In this document: one piece after another, positions 1-11,666 of the stretch
Layout of the letters: each line of letters opens with the position of its first letter
Numbering within the stretch: position 1 is the stretch's first letter
Assembly (NCBI GenBank): GCA_043228905.1
Contig: JBHGNT010000014.1
Location: 12,586,001-12,650,000, forward strand
Source of the DNA: Azolla caroliniana
Taxonomy: Eukaryota; Plantae; Polypodiophyta
DNA: 64,000 nucleotides
Direction: 5' to 3'
Position numbers and translations under genes: made by a program
Notes under the pieces: generated by a model
Databases searched by the model: none
What the model saw: only the letters and a program-made list of their open reading frames with translations
What the model was told of the DNA's origin: nothing

Positions 1-1197
1 CTTCTGGTCCATGCCATCTATCATTAAGCACATGTATTGTTCGGGCCTCTTCAAACACTTCTCTCTATGATGCATCGCCTTCTTTCGTTCTAATGATTAT
101 GCCTCATGATGCTCTTGTAGTAACTTCTTACTCATATCCTTTTCCATTGATGTCTTTGCACCTTTAACCAAACTTTTAAGATTTGCACAAATGGAGCAAT
201 ACCCCATACGTACTTTACGAGGAATGATAACATTTGAAAACCGAGCTCTCCATAATCTTGTGAATTGGCTATAGGTGATAGACTTATTACGTTAGCCCAG
301 CATATCAGATCGATAGACATCATAAACTTCCCGACGTGTATAATTATCAGAAAGGTGCATCCTACCTGTAGTGGGCATTACTTCACAATTTAACTGAAAG
401 TAAGTTTTCATCCAACCAATAGCATGTCTTCCAATTGCACCTTTCATACTTGGAACCTCTTTACAATTGAGCATCTGATCCCCGCTAAGTAGACGTTGTT
501 GTACTCTATGTAGCCGCATGTTACTAACACAGAACGCAATTTTGAATGCAACTCTACATATTTGTTGCGCATGGAAGATATAATACTCGAATGATACTTT
601 GATCCCCGTACATTTGTCAAATACTAGTTGCATATGTGACCCGAGGTAAGTGTCTTGCTCATCACCAGTCATCGAAAAATAGTATCTCCTTAATTCTCGC
701 AACTTTGATTTTCCAATCATAGACATACAACCACGGGCACAACATAGTTTTTTGACATCAAATCCAATCTGTTTAGCTGATGTCACCAAGCTAAATCTAG
801 CCAAAGGAATTCTTCGTGGGATTCTTCTAATATGCATAGGGCTCCCAGATTTCTCTTCCTGCATAGAGGTTGGTGTAACCTTGTTACAATCTAATTCTTT
901 GTTGTGACCATCGCCAATGTTATTCAATGTTTCCTTGGCACTACCTTCATTCTCCGTATCTTTATTAATATCGTATTCTTCAATAGAGAACTCTTCACAT
1001 GTGTCATTATTTACATTCCCTATAGGTGAAGATGAGTTGAGACAATATTCTTCGATAGAATATGGTGAGTCTGTCGACAAACAATATTCTTCAATAGAAT
1101 ATGGTGAGTCTATCGACAAACAATACTCTTCAATAGAAAACGATGAGTCTGATGACAAACAATATTCTTCAATCAAGAACGGTGAATCTTCACTCAT
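1..1197 (-). pseudogene. Sola-like DDD transposase, N-terminal part (frameshift near 300, in-frame stop near 98, runs off the window)
   Basis: ORF 292..1197 (KLCCARGC, CEVMPTTGRMHLSDNYTRREVY) continues in other frames to ...AMHHREKCLKRPEQYMCLMIDGMDQK at base 1. It is colinear with the transposase at 40701-43372. Confidence 0.8.
1030..1190 (-). repeat. 39-bp (13-aa) coding tandem repeat, (F/Y)SIEEYCLSxDSP x4, in the transposase N-terminus
   Basis: Seen in the translation: LIEEYCLSSDSSFSIEEYCLSIDSPYSIEEYCLSTDSPYSIEEYCLNSSSP. Confidence 0.9.
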
Positions 1198-1881
1198 GGC
1201 TTAAGGTCTAGATGGGGCTCTGCAAGTTATGTGCTTAGGGTAAGGCAAAAAACTAATAAGCTCCTCTCTAAACATAAACTTCTCTCTAAACAAAAGCCAA
1301 ATCAATAGAATGTCTATATTATTTAATATTATATTAATACAATACATAAAAAATTTATTTTTAATATAGTAATTGTATTTAAAATATCAGTAATTATTTA
1401 AACTACATCTATATGAAGTTAAATCAAGTATAATATAACTCTAATCATTACCAAGCCATAAATATTTTGGATTAATGTTAAAATCATTGGCTAATTAATG
1501 GCACCCATATTTGATATAGAACCTCTCACTCATTGGTTCTTTAATGCTCACCATTTTAAATATTAGACTTATCAATCATTGGTTAATTCATGCCCACATC
1601 TTTAATACACAGCATTTGAGAGTCATAAAAATTGTTGCTTTTAGTAATCAATCATTGGTACATTCATGAACCTCTATCATTGTCTCCTTCATGACCTTTG
1701 AAGTCATTGCAAGTTGTTATGACTACAAAAGATTGATCAATATGTTAGTTTGACTTTGTAATCATTAATGCAATCATAAGTTACTCTAGTTAATGTGACT
1801 GTGGTTACCAACTAACTATCCTCAAACTTACCAACCTTGGTTAAGGTGACTATGGTTACTTTAACCAATGTGGTCAATCCC

Positions 1882-1889
1882 TATAAATA
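1882..1889 (+). promoter_or_regulatory. Putative TATA box of the copy-1 ParB-MTase gene
   Basis: TATAAATA about 120 bp upstream of ATG 2008. Copy 2 has CTATATAA on the minus strand at about 40521-40528, a similar distance from its ATG (40403). Confidence 0.5.
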
Positions 1890-2079
1890 GGAAGACCTCG
1901 TCATATTTCACTCACAAGAGCACACAAGAGCATACAAGAGCACACAGAGCACACAAAGCACGAAGCACGAAAGCGCGATCTCCGCCTCCACTGCCACACG
2001 ATCAACCATGTCTTCAAAGAGGACTCCAGGTAGGCCTCTGACACTGTGGACATTTTTGTAAATATGTTTTGTCGCTCAA

Positions 2080-2828
2080 GAACTCGATACGCCATATCGA
2101 GTTCATGGATAAAATACAAACTTTATACAGGAACTCGATACGGCGTATCGAGTTCCTCTTTCTTTTTTGCTTTTAAACAGGAACTCGATAGTACATTTTA
2201 AACAGGAACTCGATACGGCGTATCGAGTTCCTGTTTAAAAAGTAAAGGAAACACAGGAACTCGATACGCCGTATCAAGTTCCTGTTTAGTTTAAAACCTA
2301 CACATTAAACAAGAACTCGATACGGCGTATCAAGTTCCTATGTTTCCTTTGCTTTTTAAACAGGAACTCGATACGCCGTATCGAGTTCCTGTTTAAAATG
2401 TAGGGTTTAAACAGGAACTCGATAGGACAGATCGAGTTCCTGTTTAAAAAGTAAAGGAAACACAGGAACTCGATACGGCGTATCGAGTTCCTATTTAAAA
2501 AGCAAAGAAAACACAGGAACTCGATACGGCGTATCGAGTTCGTGTTTACACCTATAATTAGGGCATGTTTTTTTAAAAAGTAAGGCAAGTCAACATAAAA
2601 AAGACTGATTTTGACAGACAATTTGATATATTTTCCACACAATAATTAATTGTTGCCCCAAAAACACAATTTTTCTCTTTCAGGGCCTTGTTTTATACAG
2701 GAACTCGATACGGCGTATCGAGTTCCCGTTTAAAGTATAGGTTTTAAACACGAACTCAATACGTCGTATCGAGTTCTTGTGCTTTCTTTGCTTTTTAAAC
2801 AGGAACTCGATACGGCGTATCGAGTTCC
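2080..2828. repeat. Array of 12 full (plus one half) 27-bp palindromes GGAACTCGATAC-NNN-GTATCGAGTTCC, mostly at 51-bp period
   Basis: Copies start at about 2080, 2130, 2205, 2256, 2312, 2363, 2414, 2465, 2516, 2700, 2751 and 2802, with a half copy at 2180. Linkers are short, A/T-rich and recurrent. Confidence 0.95.
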
Positions 2829-2980
2829 TGTATAAAAGAAGGCCCTGAAAGAGAAAATTTGTGTTTTTGGGGCAACAATTAATTATTGTGTGGAAAATAT
2901 ATCAAATTGTTTGTCAAAATCAGTCTTTTTTATGTTGACTTGCCTTACTTTTTAAAAAAACATGCCGTAATTATAGGTGT
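2548..2980. repeat. Long inverted repeat (arms about 180 bp) enclosing the last three palindromes
   Basis: acacctataattagggcatg...ttttatacaggaactcg (2548-2726) is the near-perfect reverse complement of cgagttcctgtataaaag...catgccgtaattataggtgt (2802-2980). Confidence 0.9.
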
Positions 2981-5900
2981 TTTATGACCTACTATAGCTT
3001 AAAATAGTAGAAGATAACCCACAAATTACCTTTATGATAGCAAATTCTCCTCAATATAGGTCTGGAATCAATATAACTCATACCTCCTCTTTAAAAGAAT
3101 ATATAACCCTGTTTACTTATTACGATATATATTTTCTAGTTTGAATAGCCCTGCCTAGAATAGATTTTTGAATATAGGACTACCATGTACTCTGAATGCA
3201 TGATTGATATTTTCACTTCACCACTAATCGCCTGCTAGTGAGAACCATTCTTCATCTACTTATTTATATTTTAATATACAACCTTAATCTACGTGACCAC
3301 TTAACTTATGTTTTTGCATGTACTTTCTTAAATAGGTCGTTTGAGAACCTGTCGAACCGACCCGTGAAGAAAATAAAGCTTCGCATACAGTGTTCTCCAA
3401 TCGAAGCACAGACCAAGGTAGCTCCCGAGGCCATGAAGAGAGGAAAAAATCTTCTCTTCAACGAGGAGACAAAATCTCAACCACACATTGACGTTAGCCA
3501 AAAGAAACTTGTAGCAGCTACTGGAGGTGAAGACCTTCCTGACCGTGATCTAACGGACAAGGAATGGTGTATGCAATACGTCGACTCAAAGAAAAAAGTC
3601 ATATTGTATACAACAAAGAAGAAGGGGGAGGGGCAGCTTGGAAAGGAAACCCCATTTATGTATGGCCGTATTCTACGATTTGACTATGGAGATGCAAATT
3701 CGGCAAACATACTGGTAATGATAGAGTGCTCCAAGGGGGTACGTAAAGTGTTCCTTTTAGAAGATCTTTTAGTAAAGGAATCTTGTGGGCCAGAAGCATT
3801 CAAAAAAGATCTAGAAAGCTCACAAAACCTTATTGTTACCTTGAGGCCTTATATACAAGGCCATGTAACTCTAAGAGATGAAGTGCCCTCCCCATTGAAG
3901 GCCACAAAAAGGGTATCCAAAGTCCAGTCAAGACCACCAATGAAGAAGACAACCAAAATGTCAGACTCTGATTCAACAAGTGAAAACGAAGAGGAGGACA
4001 ATAAGGGGACGCCAGGAGCTGAGCTGGCATCGGGTGTTTTGTCATCCGAGCAGAATAAGATAAGGAGAGAGTTAACACAACGTAAACTGGTCAGGAAAGG
4101 GCCAGTGTTTAATTTGCCTATAACACACATCCATCGGCCCCTTATTGATGAAAAAACAGGTCAACGACCACTTGAGATTAGAGAGCCACACCGCATGCAT
4201 GTTCAAAATCTCAAGAAAAAAATGAAAATTAATCCTCATGCCACTGTGGTGCCTTTTATTGTTATGGTAGATCCTGAAGAATGTGAAGCCATTGAAGATT
4301 TTGATATTAGAAAGCATGATCAATATAATTACTTTGTCATTGGTGGATCGCATTCAGCGGAGGCACGTCGACAACTTGTGAGAGAACATCCAACGACTTT
4401 CTTCTTCAAGTATGCCGAGTGCAAAATTTATGTTGGGCTCACAACCGAAGAGGCTAAGCTATTGGCATGGGACCATAATAATGATAATGACTATAGGCAG
4501 AAAATGTCGTTGATTGAGCGTATACAGTTCTTCCACCACGAGTATTTGGACGTGAAACAAAAGTTTGGTGTGAAGTTACATCCAGGTCTACGACGTCAAT
4601 GTCTGCATGAAGTCGGCATTGTTGTAGATGATAATGTTAAGTCCGATGGTCTTTGAAAATATGAGTCTTGGTTTCAATTGGCGTTTAGAGATGGAGAAGT
4701 ATGGGACCTACAAGATCAAATCTTCTCAATGTGGGAGAATAAGGAGGTAAAGGGTCAACGACAAAAAAAATGTAAGGTTGACCCTCAACTAGAGTTAAAG
4801 TCACAAGCCGCCAAGAAAATTGACTTGACAATTGAAGAAGCGGCAGACGACATGAAGCTGTCTCTATGGAGAGCGATGCAAGGTATTAAGGATGAGCAGC
4901 TTCTTGTGTCTGTTTTGTCAAGGGTTGTGGCAAAAGATTTAAGCCTTGAAGAAATGGTCACTGAGTTCAATAAGTAAGTCTTTCAAATATTGAAATTGTA
5001 GTCTATATGGTGTAATTCAAAGTTCTAATCTTGATTTCTAATTTTACAGTCATAAGGTGTACATGAAGATCCAAGAAGTTATGATGAAACAACTTGGATG
5101 TATAACTTGGGAACAAGTGATTGAGGATTATCCTCTAACCTCTTCATATAAGGCGTTATCAGAGTATTTTATTGCATTCAAGGATTGGGTTAGTATTGAT
5201 GGTTTTTCATTACCCTTTCATCATATGTAGAGCTTGTATAATAATACATGATGTCCTATTGCTTCTATTAGAAACCGTGTCGAGGCAAGAAACAAGGAGA
5301 AGTTAAGGATATACACGATTTCCCTACATCCTTCCTTGCACATCTCGAGCGAGCCAGAAAAGAAAAGGATCGTCGCTTAGTCAAGGCGTATGAAATGGAG
5401 GAAGACGGCTCCTTTAAAAAATTTAGCCACAAAAAAGATATTACAAGAGATCTTTACTACAATGTGGTTTGCGATGATGTCGTCGACTTGATCCAAAAGG
5501 TGCCAAAGAAGGAATATACACTAATGATTGCGGATATTCCTTACGGATTTTGAATGGCTAAGTCATCATACGACGATGAACCGTTTAGGTTTAAACAATT
5601 GGAGAAGATGGTCAAGGATTTCGCTGAGGTTACGAGTGCATCCTTGTGGCGAATAGTTGTCTTTCATAGTATGGACCAAGGGTACTCGGTAGCTCAAGCT
5701 TTGAGAACTCATTGCCATAGCATCGAGAACCTTGCATGGTAAGGATTATTTATAGGTGTCTTTCACTATATTGCATTTCTTAAGGTTGTTCAATCTATTC
5801 TTAACTCGATGTATTATTTTTTATAGGATCAAAACCAATGTAAATAGAGGGCCAACTTTTTGGTTCGTTAATGCCATTGAATACATCACGGTTGGCTACT

Positions 5901-6954
5901 TCGATGAAATTAAGAAATAGAGAATCAAGGAGCATTCTAATGAAGTGGGAGGTTCAAATCTGTTGGTATATCTAGTAGTGACACGGAAATTGCGACATGT
6001 CACCACGACAGAACGGGGACTTGTCAACCGATATCAAAAACCTCAGCGACTTATGATGCGCTTGATCGAGATGTTTTCTATCGAAGGAGACTGGATATTA
6101 GATCTCTTTTCTGGCACAGGTATTCCTCGAACTAGGGTAACGATCTTGAGATAACCAATCCCGAATCTTTTTTGTTTGACAACTAAATCTTCTTGTTACT
6201 TACATCACAGGAACGACGTCTGCATGTGCATTGAAGCTCTTTAGAAATACAGTTGCATTGGAGAAGGACGAGGAGCAGGTTATATTTATTAATATGCGGA
6301 TTAAGGCTTTGTGGGAGTGCCCTGACCAGGATGAGGAGGTCGGTGCAAAGAACCTCACTAATACAGAAAGGTTTCAACCTGCTTCGCGAGAGCCTATTCC
6401 TCCGTTAGCCGGCGAACCGGGGGAGCTAATAGAGCTTGATGATGAGCTTATAGAAGATATTTCATTGGCTCGGCTAACAGGGGAAGCCAATGCACATATA
6501 GCCGAAGAGAGTTCTACACAAGATGATGAAGAAAATGACGTTGATGAATTGATTGCTATGTAATAGACTCTATGAAGAAAATGACACTGACGATTTGTTT
6601 GGATTTCACATTTTTAATACAAATTTTGGGTTTTACCTAGTGGATTCTATTCTTTATAATCTTCTATATGTTTCAATTTTATTTTTATATACTTGGTTAG
6701 TAGATTTATGACATTGGTTTCACCGTGTGCATAGCTGACTACCAAATTGATGGAGAAACATGAATTAGTTTAAATTGAGGCTGATTTTGGTCCAAGCTAA
6801 CCTTAATAGAACATGGCCCTACAATTGTTGCCATGACTGTCCATGTTGTTATTATGGATCTTTGTCTTCTATTGTTAAAACTATTATGTTTCTATTCCAT
6901 TGTTGCTTAGATTGTGGTGTGTTGATAATGGTTCCAGTTGCGTTATCGTTCGGA

Positions 6955-7230
6955 GTTTGATCCTGTGTGAATCACCTAAGCAATAGAGTAGATTAATTTT
7001 AAATACAGATATGAAAGCCTTAATAGGTTTGTTATTTCCACGACATTATCCTAAAGTTCACTACCTTACATTGTCCACAATGATATACATAGGGTTTGAT
7101 CCCATATGAACAAACTGAGGAATAGATTAGATCAACTTTAAATACAAGTATTGAATACTTTAATAAGTTAGTTATTCCAATCACTTTTCCTAATGTGCAC
7201 TATCCTACATTTTCCACAATTATATACATG
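6955..7230 (+). repeat. Diverged tandem duplication of about 137 bp downstream of the MTase gene
   Basis: The pattern gtttgatcc...aatag..tagat..tttaaatac...tccacaat.atatacat occurs at about 6955-7090 and about 7093-7230. Confidence 0.7.
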
Positions 7231-10200
7231 CACGTATGGGTCAAAGTATAAATTATAACTCATTTTATTAGTATGGATACAAGTACACCTGATATTTTTG
7301 TAAAACTTACCTAATTAATATAAGTCTTTAAGTTAGTGTTTCCCTTGTCACACAGTAGTGACATATTGAGCCATTGTTGAACTTTATTATGCCTACATTA
7401 ACTTATCAACGCATCTAAACTTGCATGATTTCTAATGATCTCCACTCGTAGACCTATCATGTATTTTTATATTTGCAAATTCTCATCAAGTTGAGGAACA
7501 TGTGATACTAGTGCATCCAATTTTTGTAGAGAGCGTGTATTTGCTTCGTTTTAAGAAGATTCTACAAGTGGAATGCGCAATCCTTCCAATTGTGAACGTG
7601 AACGTGTTCTTTGCTTCTTCAAAACTTTCTGGCTACCCTGGTCGGTTAACAACGCATGCTCTGCATTCGGGAATCTTTGGGGGGCTCTTCTCTCCCCGAA
7701 AGGGTATCTTCATATCCATTGGTTCCACCAGTTCTTCGAGTGTCATCCGGCTTCCGGCCGGATGGGTCCTTGTATCCTTCAACCGAGTCTATCTTCTTCT
7801 TCTCCGACTCTTAGTCAACAATGTTCTTGTCTTCCATGAAGACTATGTCTCGACTCCGGAAGACCTTGTCGACCAAATCCCACACTCGATAACCGAACTC
7901 CATAGGAATATGCATGGCCAGGACTTTGGATCCAATTTCTCTCTCTTGTCCTTTGCGACATGCACGTAAGCGAGACAACTGAACACCTTCAGATGCCAGT
8001 AAGACACGTCTTTACCGGTCCATACTTTCTGCGGTGAGTCTCCTTCCAAGGGCACTTAGGGGATCTATTTATCACGTACGTCGATGGCATCAGCGCCTCA
8101 GCTCTAAAACGTCTTGGGTAAATTTGCATGTGCCAGCATGCTCCGAACTCACTCCATCACAATCCGGTTCATCCTTTTCACCAGTTCGTTCAGCTCCGTT
8201 GTCTTCAGCACGATGAATTCGAGCCGGATCCCCTTCGACCGACAGTACTCCTCGAACTACCCTCGGTATTCTCCTCAGTTGGGAAATCGGTCCCTTCAGA
8301 TGGGATCTGGTTATGAATGAAGAGGACCCAGTGAGAACCGGAAGAGATCTAGAAACCGGTTTAGGGTTTGTGTACTTTCTTTTGGTGTCCAAGTATTCAT
8401 CTCTATTCCCATTTCTGTGTTTGATCCTTAAAGCAAGTGATCTAAGATTCGGTTGTGGCCGAGCAGTATTCCGCACTATTCTTTACAAACTGGTATCAGA
8501 GCGAACGACACAGGAAATGGAAGAATCGTTCGGCAGCATGTTCAAGCTCACCGGCTCCAACTACTCAGTATGGAAGTCGAAGATGAGGGATATGCTAGTG
8601 ATTAAAGATCTTTGGTTGCCAGTTCAAGTCGGGGACAAGAAACCGGATAAGATCGACGCCAGAGTGTGGGAGGTGATGCAGATGAAGACGACAGCATACA
8701 TTCGGTGCTTCATCGACATGAGTCTATACAACAACTTCAATGAAGAAAGTAAGGCTCATGAACTCTGGGAGAAGATCGGCATCATGTTCCAGAACAAGAA
8801 TGCCGTTAATCGGGTTTCGGTATTCCGGAAGCTAGTGAGGCTTCGGTACCAGGATGGCTCCAGTATGACAAAGCACATGAATGCCTTCAGGGGTTGATAT
8901 ATCAAGCAACCTCATTGGAAGTACCTCTCGCCAATGAGGTACTCACATTACACCTGCTTGGTTCCCTCCCTGATAGTTGGGAGACGCTAGTTGTCACATT
9001 GGGCAACATCGGGCGGAAAGGAAAGCAGTTGTCCCTAGCAAGGGTAAAATCAAGTTTGCTAGATTAAGACTCTCGTCGGAAGGACCGAGAGTCCAGAACC
9101 GATCGAAAGGCCTTGGTCATGGAAGATGACCAGATCCGGGGATGAGGCCAATATCGGAGTCCCCAAAACCGGGACAAATCGGGAACGAGGTCGAAGTCAA
9201 GGGGGAGGCCTACTTGCTTCTATTGTGGGAAGCCAAGGCACTTCCAGAAGAACTTTCGGCATTTCTCGAAAGAGAAAGAAACCAGCACTACTGATTCGAA
9301 GAAGGGTTTGACTGGAGAGGCCCAGATCGGAAGGAAATGTCGGCAATCGTGACAAGTGAAGAAGAACTGATGCTCAATACCGAGGAGAATGAGTTAAACC
9401 TTGTCGGCGATGAGACAACGTGGGTTGTCGATTCCGGAGGATTGTTCCACCTGACACCAAACCGAAGATGTTTCTCATCCTACACAACCGGTTTAGGGGA
9501 TGGGGAATGTAGGTACATGCCAAATTACCGGCATAGGAGATGTGTTGTTGACGACATCAACCCGATGTAAGTTGCTGCTAAGGGATGTCTGACAGGTTCC
9601 GGAGGTTCGACTGAACTTGATTTAAACCGGTCGGTTAGATGATGAAGGCTACAAAGGTAGCATCCGAAACGGAGTCATGAAGTTCAGAAAGGGAAGATTC
9701 ATTGTGGCTCGAGACCGGAAGATCAACACGGTGTACCTGATGCATGCCCAGATATGCCGGGAAGAGGAAGTGAACGTAGCATCCCACATTGCCGGTGAGT
9801 TGTGGCACAAAAGACTGTGTTACATGAACCAGACGAGGATGGGAAGACATGCCGAAGACAACCTCATTCCGGAGGTTTAAAGACGTGCACCTTGAGAAGT
9901 GCACCGATTGCGTGGCGGGCAAGCAAAACCGAACCTCCTTCCGGTCAAGACCACCGATGAGACGGAATGCACCACTGGAGATGGTGCATACCGATGTTTG
10001 TCAAGTGGACACGAAATCACATGCTGGATTGTAGTACTTCGTGACATTCATAGATGACCACAGCCGGAAGTTGTGGGTCTCACCATTGAAGATGAAAGAT
10101 CAAGTGTTATTCATCTTCAAGAAGCTACACGCGAGAGTGGAAAGAGAAACTGGCCGGACGCTGAAGGCAGTTCGAGCGGACAACGGAGGAGAATACCGAG

Positions 10201-11366
10201 GGCAATTCAAGGAGTACTGCTGTCGAAGGGAATCTGGCTTGAATATACCGTGCCAAAGACGCCGGAACTAAACGGGCTGGCCAAATGCATGAACCGGACC
10301 ATAATGGAGAGAGTTTGGAGCCTGCTTGCACATGCAAAGTAACCCAAGACATTTTGGGTTGAGGCACTGACGAAGGTGACTTACGTAATAAACAGATCAC
10401 CCTCGGTACCCTTGGATGGAGACACACCACAGAGAGTATGGACCAGTAAGGACATGTCTTACCAGCATTTGAAGGTGTTCGGGTGTCTCGCCTATGTCCA
10501 TGTTGCAAAGGACAAGAGAGAAAAGTTGGATCCAAAGTCTAGGCAATGCATATTCCTTGGATAACGACGATGATGAGTTCAGTTACCGGGCATGGGATCA
10601 GGTCAACAAGAAGGTGTTCTGGAGTCGGGACATAGTCTTCATGGAAGACAGGACCATTGCTGACTGGGAGTCGGAGAAGAAGGTGATGAAATCTGGATCA
10701 TCCAATGAAAACCGGCTTGAGGGCACAAGGACTTACCCAGTTGAAAACCAGATGTTAGCTGGTAACCGGATGACACTCGACGAACCGACCGGATTCGGAA
10801 AAGAAACCGAACTGACTGAAGAAAAAGAAGAAGAAGACATCGAAACCGGACAAGATCCCGAATCGGACTCGGATGAGGAGCAGACAGAGGAACTGGTTGT
10901 CGAAGACCAAAGACGGAGATACCCTATCCGAGAGAGAAGAGCCCCTAGGAGATTTCCGGATGTAGAGCATTTGTTGCTAACCAATGAGGGGGAGCCGAAA
11001 AGCTTCAAAGAAGCAAAGAGAGACACGCACAGCCGCAAGTGGTTGAGTGCCATGCAGGACGAGATGGATTCCCTGCATGAAAACCACACATATGAATTGA
11101 CGCAGTTGCCGAAAGGGAAGAGAGCACTCTGGAACAAGTGGGTGTACAAGCTGAAACCGAGATATGCCAGAAATCCACCAAGGTACAAAGCCCGGATCGT
11201 GGTGAAGGGCTTCCAGCAGAATAAAGGAGTGGACTTCAATGAGATCTCTGCCCCGGTAGTAAAGATGGCATCCATCCTGACAGTATTGAGCATAGCGGCA
11301 AGCATGGACCTCGAGGTAGAACAACTGGACGTCAAGATGGCATTCCTACATGGCGACCTCGAAGAA

Positions 11367-11666
11367 GATATCTACATGCATCAACCGGAAGGATTTGTGA
11401 AGAAAGGGAAGGAGCATGTGGTGTGCCAGTTGAAGAAGAGCTTATACGGACTGAAGCAAGCTCCCCGGCAATGGTACCGGAAGTTCGACTCCTTCATGAC
11501 CGGCCAAGGGTACCAAGAGATCTACATGCATCAACCGGAAGGATTTGTGAAGAAAGGGAAGGAGCATGTGGTGTGCCGGTTGAAGAATAGCTTATACAAA
11601 CTGAAGCAAGCTCCCCGGCAATGGTACTGGAAGTTCGACTCCTTCATGACCGACCAAGGGTACCAC
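11367..11666 (+). repeat. In-frame 150-bp tandem duplication inside copia RT
   Basis: IYMHQPEGFVKKGKEHVVCxLKxSLYxLKQAPRQWYxKFDSFMTxQGY occurs twice in ORF 10494..11867. Confidence 0.92.

Larger units (their letters stand above)
2008..6563 (+). pseudogene. ParB/Srx-like domain fused to beta-class DNA amino-methyltransferase (N6-adenine/N4-cytosine type), copy 1; exons about 2008-2029(?), 3336-4973, 5050-5188, 5272-5738, 5827-6119, 6211-6563
   Basis: ParB-like segment LPITHIHRP..IREPHRMHVQNLKKKM..VPFIVMVD..YFVIGGSHSAEARRQL..EEAKLLAWDHN. MTase motif IV ADIPYG, then W-IKTN, YQKPQRLMMRLIEMFS and motif I WILDLFSGTG-TTSACA..LEKD. GT-AG introns restore the frame. In-frame stops at about 4654, 5551 and 5918. 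The first micro-exon is off by one phase, so it is uncertain. Confidence 0.85.
1..7300. mobile_element. DNA transposon copy 1 (Sola-like transposase plus divergent ParB-methyltransferase gene); left end outside window, right end approximate
   Basis: Same two-gene head-to-head layout, homologous proteins, the same four internal intron positions and the same 51-bp palindrome array as the complete element at 36006-43699. No TIR could be identified for this copy. Confidence 0.8.

Noticed and set aside
2298-2642. 114-aa ORF with NRNSIRRIEFL repeats (and ORF 40066..40302)
   Set aside because: These are translations of the 51-bp DNA palindromes (51 is a multiple of 3). The two arrays give unrelated peptides, so conservation is at the DNA level.
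2080-2828. CRISPR array (palindromic repeats at regular spacing)
   Set aside because: The linkers are about 24 bp, A/T-rich and recur (e.g. tgtttaaaaagtaaaggaaacaca) rather than being unique. No cas genes are present and the context is a eukaryotic intron.
3238-6563. Bacterial contamination or prophage as the source of the ParB-MTase
   Set aside because: The gene has conserved GT-AG introns, lies within a TIR element in copy 2 and is contiguous with plant retrotransposons and genes.
7350-7385. Right TIR of transposon copy 1 (gacatatt match)
   Set aside because: Only 8 bp match copy 2's TIR, and the partner end is outside the window, so it cannot be verified.
10733-11335. Antisense ORFs over copia pol, the GRX gene and the 46-48 kb element
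   Set aside because: These are shadow ORFs of real coding strands with no independent motifs.
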